NCBI GenBank assembly: GCA_002269645.1
Contig: NIVC01000051.1
Span: 558,001-622,000 of the forward strand
Origin: Macrostomum lignano
Lineage: Eukaryota
Length of the DNA stretch: 64,000 nt
Reading direction: 5' to 3'
Shown: positions 26,621 to 36,600 of the stretch, one piece after another
Numbering within the stretch: position 1 is the first letter of the stretch
Layout: every line of letters starts with the position of its first letter
Position numbers and translations under genes: made by a program
The notes under the pieces: model-generated
Told to the model about the DNA's origin: nothing
The model's input: the letters and a program-made list of their open reading frames with translations, nothing else
Database searches by the model: none

Positions 26621-27440
26621 CAGGGGCGTCGCCTTGGATTTTATGGTGGGGAGGACAAAGCCAAGAATTCAACATATACATGTACACGATTAAATTTTGG
26701 CACTCATTTTAGCACCGCAGGCACGATCATTTTAGCTCCACCAGGTATTCCTTATAGCATCGCAGGCACTCATTTTAGCGCCGCAGGCACTTATTTTAGC
26801 GCCGCAGGCACTCACTTTAGCGCCGCTGGCACTCATGTACTCATTTCAGAACCGCAGGCACTTACTTTAGCACCACAGGCACTCATTTTAGCGCCGCAGG
26901 CACTCGTTTAAGGAGCCGCAGGCACTCATTTTAGCGCTGCAGGCACTTATTTTAGCACTGCAGGCACTCATTTTAGCGCTGCAGGCACTCATTTTAGAAC
27001 CGCATGCAGGCACTTACTTTAGCACCACAGGCACTCATTTTAGCGCTGAAGGCACTCATTTTAGTTTTAGCGTCGGAGGCACTCATTTTAGCGCCGCAAG
27101 AACTCATTTTGGCGCCAAAGGCACTCATTTTTAGCGCCGAAGGCACTCATTTTAGCGCCGAAGGCACGATCATTTTTAGCGCCGTAGGGATTATAAAAGG
27201 CGCTATATATATTTGGCGCCCTGAAGAAAAATTATTGATCACCACAACGACTCACAAGGTGGGGTGGGGGGACAAAGCATTGACATGTCCCCCCAAAGCT
27301 TTCGCCAGGGGCTAGCGGAATGGGCGGTCTCCTCCGCCTCCTCGCTGCATCCGCCGGACGCCCCCTGCAGCTATGTCAAGCCCCCAAAAGCTTTTACTGG
27401 GGGACATGTCCCCCCCTTCCCCCCGGTGGCGACGCGCCTG
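26621..27440. mobile_element. Non-autonomous hAT-like MITE with internal 21-bp array
   Basis: Ends CAGGGGCGTCGCC / GGCGACGCGCCTG. Flanks GTTAACTG and GTTAAACTG form a ~8-bp TSD. Internal CACTCATTTTAGCGCCGCAGG repeats. A sister copy lies at 56197-57215. Confidence 0.7.
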
Positions 27441-27989
27441 GTTAAACTGTATAACTGCGAATCAACTACAGGTCCATGTTGTACGTGGTCAACAATTAAG
27501 ATGCTCCGCGCCGTGTAAAATTGCTCGATTGTTTGTTCAAAAGCTAAAATTAAAGATCACCACGCAAAAAAGTAACAATTTACAAGTACATGTACATTGC
27601 ATGACTCCTGATTAGTTGACTAAATTTTATTGGTGCCGTAATATTATTTACAATATATGTAGCTACATTGAATTAAAGATTACCACGCATATTTTAGACA
27701 CTGTAGCACGAATTTTAATGCAATCATTACAGAATTAATCAACTCTGCCTGTTAAAACAATTTAATTTAATTTCAATTTCGCCTGTTAAAGCGAATTTAG
27801 GATTGCCAATATATTTGTAATGAGCAAATCGATTCAGTAAGCGGCATAGATTGTGCAGGTGTTATAAATGTATTAAGTCAATAATTTGTATTGCTCTAAA
27901 ATCTGTCATTTGGTCAGTCGTATGCATCCTGTTTGCTAAAGGCTTGCTAGATAGCTTTTAAAGCGTCACTCGGAAAATCTTGTTTTTAA

Positions 27990-30900
27990 ACTTGCCCTTA
28001 ATATGCGAGTGGCACAGCACAACCAGGTGCTCCATGTCCGGGTCCCACATGATGCACTGCGGCCCGGAAGCTCGCAAAGTTGGCTGGCGATTGCCAACAA
28101 GAAAGTCGGCCAATTTAGTCAGCCTGGGCATTGGCGGCTCGATGTTGGCCTTCTCAACAGCGCCGAGCATCGCGGCGGCGACTAATCCGGGCGAGGACAG
28201 GCCGGTCAGAGTCGTCGTGCCGGACGCCGTCAAGGTGACACCCTGCGACTGGGTGCTCATCCTGTTGAGCTGGTGAGGCTCAAACTTGTAGCAGCGCAAT
28301 ATGGACTCGCTAGAGGCCGAGACGAATAATATGCTGCGCTTAGAGTCGTAGGCGAGGTATTTTGCACCCGGAAGTAGGTCCTCACCTGGAAGTGGTTCAA
28401 TGCGAGCTGCATGTCAACCTACAAATCCTGCATGTAGCATTTTCCAACAGAAAACCTCCGTTGTAGAAACAAATATCGTTGTATTAACTCTCTGAAATGC
28501 CCCTGGTGCTGGCGCCCCTGGTGCTGGCGCCCCTGGTGCTGGCGCCCCTGGTGCTGACGCCCCTGGTGCTAAAATTGCCCCTGGTGCTAAAGCCCCTGGC
28601 GCTAAAGCTACCAGTCAGACCAAAGCAATTGTAAACCAAAGCAGACCAAAGCAACTCAGCAATATTTCATTAAATACAAACTTGCTTACAAACATGAAGG
28701 AACAAAAAGCGCCATCTCACCGCAATGCGCCACAATCTTCATCGAGTTGAGATTAAAAACGCAGATTCCAGCGTCCAGATTAGACACGAACAGATACTGG
28801 ACAGTGGTATCCGACCCGGTCGTGTCCATCGAACGGTCGATGAGGTTTGTTTCGAATGAGTTCACGACATCGCCGTCGGCTGTCTCGGCGTTGGAGCTGG
28901 ACACGGACGACTCCGTGCCGCCAAGCTCAATGGGGAAGGTCTGGCTCACGCAGCAGTCGAACGGTCGCCACAAACTGCCGAAACGCTCAGCGCTCGTCAA
29001 GCCGAGGTCGCTGGTCTTGCGTAGAAAATTTGCGTTTCAAAATTTTTGTTACACTCGTGAAAACTGATTTTAAGCAGAAATGATCCACCTGACGGACCTG
29101 AGACTTCAACGACCTGACTGGCTGACCCGAGACTTCGACCTGACTGGCTGACCCGAGACTTCGACCTGACTGGCTGACCCGAAGACCCGAGACTTCACTG
29201 TAGACCTGACTGACTGACCCGAGACTTCACTGTAGACCTGACTGACTGACCCGAGACTTCACTGTAGACCTGACTGACTGACCCGAGACTTCACTGTAGA
29301 CCTGACTGACTGACCCGAGACTTCACTGTAGACCTGACTGACTGACCCGAGACCCGAGACTTCACTGTAGACCTGACTGACTGACCCGAGACTTCACTGT
29401 AGACCTGACTGACTGACCCGAGACTTCACTGTAGACCTGACTGACTGACCCGAGACTTCACTGTAGACCTGACTGACTGACCCGAGACTTCACTGTAGAC
29501 CTGACTGACTGACCCGAGGACCCGAGACTTCACTGTAGACCTGACTGACTGACCCGAGACTTCGACCTGACTGGCTGACCCGAGACTTCGACCTGACTGG
29601 CTGACCCGAGGACCCGAGACTTCACTGTAGACCTGACTGACTGACCCGAGACTTCACTGTAGACCTGACTGACCGACCCGAGACTTCACTGTAGACCTGA
29701 CTGACTGACCCGAGACTTCACTGTAGACCTGACTGACTGACCCGAGACTTCACTGTAGACCTGACTGACTGACCCGAGACTTCACTGTAGACCTGACTGA
29801 CTGACCCGAGACTTCACTGTAGACCTGACTGACTGACCCGAGACTTCACTGTAGACCTGACTGACTGACCCGAGGACCCGAGACTTCACTGTAGACCTGA
29901 CTGACTGACCCGAGACTTCACTGTAGACCTGACTGACTGACCCGAGACTTCACTGTAGACCTGACTGACTGACCCGAGACTTCACTGTAGACCTGACTGA
30001 CTGACCCGAGACTTCACTGTAGACCTGACTGACTGACCCGAGGACCCGAGACTTCACTGTAGACCTGACTGACTGACCCGAGACTTCGACCTGACTGGCT
30101 GACCCGAGACTTCGACCTGACTGGCTGACCCGAGGAGACCCGAGACTTCACTGTAGACCTGACTGACTGACCCGAGACTTCACTGTAGACCTGACTGACC
30201 GACCCGAGACTTCACTGTAGACCTGACTGACTGACCCGAGACTTCACTGTAGACCTGACTGACTGACCCGAGACTTCGACCTGACTGGCTGACCCGAGAC
30301 TTCAATGACCTGACTGATTTGAATGATTAACTTAACAGGACCTACGAGCTAAGAATTCAATAAAGCTTACTTGAATTTTAATGAACCTAACGGCCTAATA
30401 ACATAGTAGATTCCAACGACTCAATGTCATTATCAAACCCAGAGACTTAAAAAATGCAACAACTGTCCAGAACTGACCCGGTGCAGAAGGGTTACAGTAT
30501 AGATAGATAGCCAAGCTTACTTTATTCGATCTTACCAACAATCACGAAATCAACCTGAATATCCGAATTTGATGAGCCCCACACAAAGAAGGAAACTCAC
30601 AGGGAACCTTAACACGCAGTTCAACTCCAGGTTAGTGCCGTAGATGTAATAGCTGCTATCGTCAGCCGCAATCGAAGTCAGACAGCCAAGCGGATAGGGC
30701 ACGCTGATGATGCTGTCTCGCATCATCTGCTCATTGTAGCTGGCTAGAATGGCCATCGCATGGAAACGGACGATCGTGTAAATTTGCTTGTCTTTCGTCT
30801 GAGTGCAATCTGACGCTTTAGCTCGACGCACGTTTCGCTGCGAAATGCGTGAAAATCTCCATTTTGTTAACAAAACCAGTGCACGAGTTATTAAAGCATA

Positions 30901-31518
30901 AGAGCAGCGCAGATATGTTGAATGAACATTCTCAGGAAGCCTTCGGAGACTCGTCCCACAACCAGCGATTCGCTGCGGATACTGTACCGCACAGGCACGC
31001 ACTCATAGACACACTCACGCAGGGTGTACAGCGGCCCCTTGACTCTCTAATCGTCAGGCATGTGCAGTCTCCGTCTCTGTGCCTTGGGGGAATTGGCCCT
31101 CATGGGCCAGTTGTGAATCGCGTTGTGAATTAGCATGTACAGAGACAATTTACAATGAAGACAGACCAACCTGCAGCAGGTAATAGTCAGGCCCAGTACT
31201 AGGCATCATCTCCTGCAAACCGCGCCTGCCAAGCATCAGCAATCGCTGAGACGAATACTTCAGGTAACGCATCCTGGACGGATGATCTCGCAGTTCGCAT
31301 TTGCCCAGGTAAATCAGGTGGCTACAAGCGATTCCTTCGTTAGAACCGTGCTCGTCTAAATCGGGATCGGCGTCCTCTTCGCTGCAGCAGCCGGGTTTCT
31401 TTGTGCCGCCCGAGCGTTGTACTCTACCACTGTCAGTAGTTGGTCTAGCAATGCCAGTCTTGGAGACCGGATGGCTGCTACGACAGGACGAACGGAGACT
31501 CTCGTCTGCGGACTTCAT
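27990..31518 (-). CDS. Multi-exon gene of unknown function, possibly an NHL/beta-propeller protein; boundaries uncertain
   Basis: GC-rich coding blocks at ~31518-31170, ~30830-30600, ~29030-28700 and ~28385-27990 with splice-like edges. Blade-like strings include SIAADDSSYYIYGTN, YLFVSNLDAGICVFNL and KYLAYDSKRSILFVSAS. Confidence 0.45.
28499..28605. repeat. Short 15-bp array (TGGTGCTGGCGCCCC), same family as 15286-15777 in inverted orientation
   Basis: The unit differs by one base from the reverse complement of the 15-kb array unit. Confidence 0.85.
29095..30320. repeat. 32-bp minisatellite (GACCCGAGACTTCACTGTAGACCTGACTGACT) with 26-bp variants, intronic
   Basis: Direct inspection of the tandem units. 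Confidence 0.93.
30900..31150. repeat. Dispersed intronic repeat, second copy at ~53290-53500
   Basis: Shared strings GCACGCACTCATA, GTACAGCGG and AATCGTCAGGCATGT at both loci. Confidence 0.45.
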
Positions 31519-33661
31519 ATCGACTATTTAGATTTTTGGACGAAAGAGATTTTATGAATTGCAACTAACCAACCAGGCATACAGTGGCGCTGAAGCGCTG
31601 TTGTTTGCGGGTTGAAACACTCGGGAACTATGGAAAAAAGGTAGAAGAGTATTTGCTCAATCGCCTGCAGAGGGTCTATGGTTAAAACTTAGTAGACTGT
31701 CTTATGCAAGCTTTCTGGCTTGTACCCACGGGCTCGTATCCACAAGACAACTAACTACGGGCTTTGTGTAACTAATGGAAGCAATTGAGAACTTAAGGGA
31801 CAGCTGAGGGTTATATTTATACTGGTCATAGCAGTTTAATTTGAGCATAACTAGGACTAACTTGAGTATAGAAGAGAATTCACCGTGACTGTTCCTAGTT
31901 TGTTCGAGCAAGCTGTGAATCATCTTCATAAAACTGTTAAATCAAATTCATTCTACGTAGTTTAAATTTGCGCGAAACAAATTTCAAAGGACATTGTTAA
32001 AAAACTCTCCTATACTACTGAAAAAATATAAGTAAATATACGAATTCAGAATAAAGCCCCATGGGGCTAGCTCGCATCATGTTTTGATGAATTTTGATTA
32101 GAATTTTAATCATGTCTCTATTTTTTTGAGTCATTAACTAAAATACTTTGTCCTCGTCAGCGAGGCTTCATTAATTTGAAACTTTATCCAAGATTTCCTG
32201 TCGAGGTTTAACACGGGGAGCACTAGAAAGTTCCAACTTTTATCCCCAACATGGCATTGGAGGCCCCTATATTCTCTTAAGGGATCTTTTTTGGTCAGAC
32301 CATGGGTTGGGAAACTTTTTTACTCATACCTTAAGGGCCAGATAGAGAACCCAGCGCGTGACTGCGGGGCAGAGGGAGAAAGAAAGAAGAGAGGAGGGAA
32401 TAAAGAAGAGAGAAGAGAGAAGGGAAATGAGAGGGGAGAAGGGGGAGAGGAAGAGAAGAGGAGAAAAGAGAGAAAAGGGAGAGGAGAGATTGTAGAGAGA
32501 GCTGAGAAGAGAAAACCGGATTGCTATTGTGAAATTTCAAAGGACCCCAGGGCCGGATAGAGAGGCTTTACATGCCGGAGTTGGCCGACCCCTGGTCAAG
32601 ATATAGATGGGACACAACACTCTGATTTAGAAATGACATACGGTAATTACGAGCTACATTACCAACATTGAAATTCCAGAATTCCGGAATATAAAATGCA
32701 GAATTTCAGCAGTTGTGTATCGCCAGGTACACGTAGCTGTAATTAATTATTTCAATTTAAAGTAAATCTAGATAAATAAAAACATGCCAGCAGGACAAAG
32801 TACAGTTCAGTTTTAAAAAATATTTTGGTATGATGTTTGATGATACGAGTATATTTCTTCTCGTTTAAAATACAACAGGCTTGTCTAAAAAAGTTAATTT
32901 CACTTTATATTGTTTTAATAGAAATAAAAAGTTCGCAAAAAGCTAGAAAAGCCTCTGCATCCCCGCAGCAGGGGGTCGATCTGGATAAACGTCTCTACAC
33001 AGCTCATCAATTCATCTGGATAAATGTGATAATAAATGGGGATTAATTAAAAAATAAACATCGAGACAAAACAGATCAAATTTTAATTGAAGATCACACT
33101 TGATTGAATAATTACTTTTATGACGATGGCATTTAGATCGCTTCATCACTGGGTAAGACAGGCGTAGAAATATGCAATCATAGCGGAATAAATGGTACAT
33201 CAGTCCAACAATCAGCACTTATATACTTTATGAAATTGGTCCAATACAAACGTTATACGTATCCACATAGTTCCGGCGCTAGCGTTACTACTTATTTTAC
33301 TACTGTAAGTAGCATATAAAGTATTTTATGCCGATACAGTGATATAAGAAAATCTTTCTCAATGACTTAAAAACTATTGTTAAAATAAAATTTATATAAG
33401 GGTCTGTTTTGTACGCTTGTATTGAAGAATATATTTGTCTTGAAAATAGCACCGCTTTTCTCCGAATTTAATTCTCCTTTGTTGACTTTTAATAACTTGT
33501 AATAACTGGTGCACTATACAGTAATGTGAAATAGCTGTATTACTGTACAGTAATACAGTAATATTATTTACTAGGAAAAGAATCACAAACTTGATAATCG
33601 ATGTTGAATCTCAAAGAAGACGAAAACGTTTAAAACGTAGTATATGGTTTTCAACATTACT

Positions 33662-36600
33662 TCAGGAGCTGCTAGGGAAGGGCACAGATCTTGGATTGCC
33701 GTAGAAGCACAGGTAGCAATCCTCTAGCAGGCGGTTGCCCTGTTCTGGAGGCGGTGTGTTGCCTGTTTTGTCTTGAAGATCGCGAAGCCACTCTTCAAGG
33801 CCATCGACGCGGGTCACCTCCGGGATGTTGTAGCCATCGTTGCAGCCTGGAAATTCAATCATTTATGAACTGGTTAGAATGGGGCTGGCATAGGGATCGG
33901 GATGGGGATGGAATGGGTGATAGGGATGAAATCGGGATGGATTAAGCAGAATGTGCGGACACGGGAATAAGCTAGTCTGAACTCACCGCCCTCCCTATCG
34001 GCCATGCTATCGAAGAACAGCCAGTGGTTGGGCTCGGCCCTCAAGAAGCAGACGTAGCTGGTGCAAATACAGACAACAGCCAGCAGATCCATGACTGTCT
34101 GACTTTTAACAATTTGTCCGGGTCTCTTATATTTCTCCAGGATATGCCTGGGATATTTAATCTTGATTGGCTCGTGCGTTTTTCCCTTTCTGTGATCCGC
34201 AAACGCCTTGTAGCACGGTTCGCAATAGGTGTAGTCTCGGCCGGAGTCGTGCTTGAGAAAGCACTGATGGCACTCGATAGTGGCAAAGTTGCCGCAGATG
34301 TTGCAGGCCCTGGCGGTGTCCGGCAGCAGGTTGGTGATGTTCAACTGCAGCACTGGCAGGATGCGGTGGAACATTTTATATGACTTCCCAGATCGAGGCA
34401 TCTGCAGAATCAGGCACTGCGGCGGCTCGCTAAACTGGATTAGCGACAGGTGCAGCAGGGTCTCAGTGTCCGCGATGTGCTCGCGTGCACCAGTGGACTG
34501 CGGCTGCTGCTGCTGCTGTGGGAACGCAAATGATGCTAATTGGCTCAATGGGGAGTTGCTGAGATGCCAATTGGCTCAATGGGGAGTTGCTGAGATGCCA
34601 ATTGGCTCAATGGGGAGTTGCTGAGATGCCAATTGGCTCAATGGGGAGTTGCTGAGATGCCAATTGGCTCAATGGGGAGTTGCTGAGATGCCAATTGGCT
34701 CAATGGGGAGTTGCTGAGATGCCAATTGGCTCAATGGGGAGTTGCTGAGATGCCATGGCTGATGCCATGGCCAAAGCTAAAAAACTCAAAGCTGCAAATA
34801 CCTGTTGTGTTTTTAGTTAATTGATGAATTCAATTCAGTTGGAGACACCTGGGTCTCGCTCAATATATTTATAGTCATGTGCACGTTGACAACAGTGTTG
34901 TCACATACATGTAGTCATGTGCACGATACCATAATTGAACGCACGATGCATATAATTAGGTAACTGAACAATTCTAGCCTCAAAGTTAGTCAGTTAGTTA
35001 ATACACCTAGGCCCGATGCAAAGTCACTACAATACCCCAGGCGAGATAGATTATAATTTCAAGGCACAGCGAGAGCTTTTTCAGTTTTACACATTTCAAT
35101 GCCAAGAAGCCAATAGTAATGACTAAAGAAGGCAGTTTAAATATTACTTCTATTGCAATATTTCAGCCTCCGCACCCAGGGGGTAATTAGATTGCAAGTC
35201 CTTAAGCCAATAGTCTCAGTATTAATTCAAAAGACACACCTGCTGTTGCTGCTTCTGCTGTTCGAAAGGCAAATCGGCCCGATCAAGAAACAGCTGCAGC
35301 ACATGGGAGCTCTGCCCAGTGCTCAGTTTGATGAACGGCTCATGACGGAGCACGTGGTCCAGCAGCAGGTTGATGAACTCCTCAGGATCTGCGGGTTGGG
35401 TTGAAACGACATGAGGATAAAGTAGAAGGCATGAGGGGGCTTTTGGGACAAAATTTTTCACGTCCTCCATAATCCCATTAAATCCATCCATATTATCCCC
35501 GACAGAATCAGAAAAAAGGGGGGTCGCACTTACTCCAAAAACTTCGAACATAATCCCATTAAATCCATCCATATTATCCCCGACAGAATCAGAAAAAAGG
35601 GGGGTCGCACTTACTCCAAAAACTTCGAACATAATCCCATTAAATCCATCCATATTATCCCTGACAGAATCAGAAAAAAAGAGGGAGTCGCACTCGCTCA
35701 CAAAACGTCCTCCATAATCCCATTAAATCCATCCATATTATCCCCGACAGAATCAGAAAAAAGGGGGGTCGCACTCGCTCACAAAACGTCCTCCATAATC
35801 CCATTAAATCCATCCATATTATCCCCGACAGAATCAGAAAAAAGGGGGGTCGCACTCGCTCACAAAACGTCCTCCATAATCCCATTAAATCCATCCATAT
35901 TATCCCCGACAGAATCAGAAAAAAGGGGGGTCGCACTCGCTCACAAAACGTCCTCCATAATCCCATTAAATCCATCCGTATTATCCCCGACAGAATCAGA
36001 AAAAAGGGGGGTCGCACTCGCTCACAAAACGTCCTCCATAATCCCATTAAATCCATCCGTATTATCCCCGACAGAATCAGAGCATAACAGGTGTCCTACT
36101 TGTTCCGAAAACTTCGAACATAATCCCATTATAATCCACTGACATCCACCCATAGCATCTTCGAAACAATCAGAAAATAATCTGAATTCTTCTCCCCACA
36201 TTCAATCCGCAACGTGCTACCACATCCCTAAAACTTTAAATCCCCTAACCCAGGGTCCTTACCCTTTGAAAAAAAATTAAATTTTCTCTAAAATGTTTCC
36301 AGTTGTCTCTCCAGGTTCTTATTACAAAGCGCACGAGCCTAATTACAAGAGTAAGTACCGATGCAAACTTGAATGCAGCGAGTACATGAGAAAATATTGG
36401 CCCGGCGTTGATATCAATGTCCCTAATATTAATCTAGCTCTCCAAAGACACTGGTTTCATAAGTATGGAGTAACCTACGTAAAAGATTACGACAGCTACT
36501 ATAACTTTGCAGAAATCATTAAGCAATTGTAGTTGCCAACTACAAGGTTGTACCTTGTAGAGTGTAGACGTAAGTTCTAAAAATAAAACCCATGCCATGC

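Noticed and set aside
32300-32594. Degenerate hAT-like MITE in the duplicated CYLD 3' flank
   Set aside because: The right end CCGACCCCTG is typical, but the left end and TSD match too poorly to call.
35222-36056. Minus-strand ORFs 35222-35701 and 35670-36056 as Polinton genes
   Set aside because: They are read-throughs of the 81-bp TIR array; the distal part of 35222-35701 is simply the CYLD-B exon.
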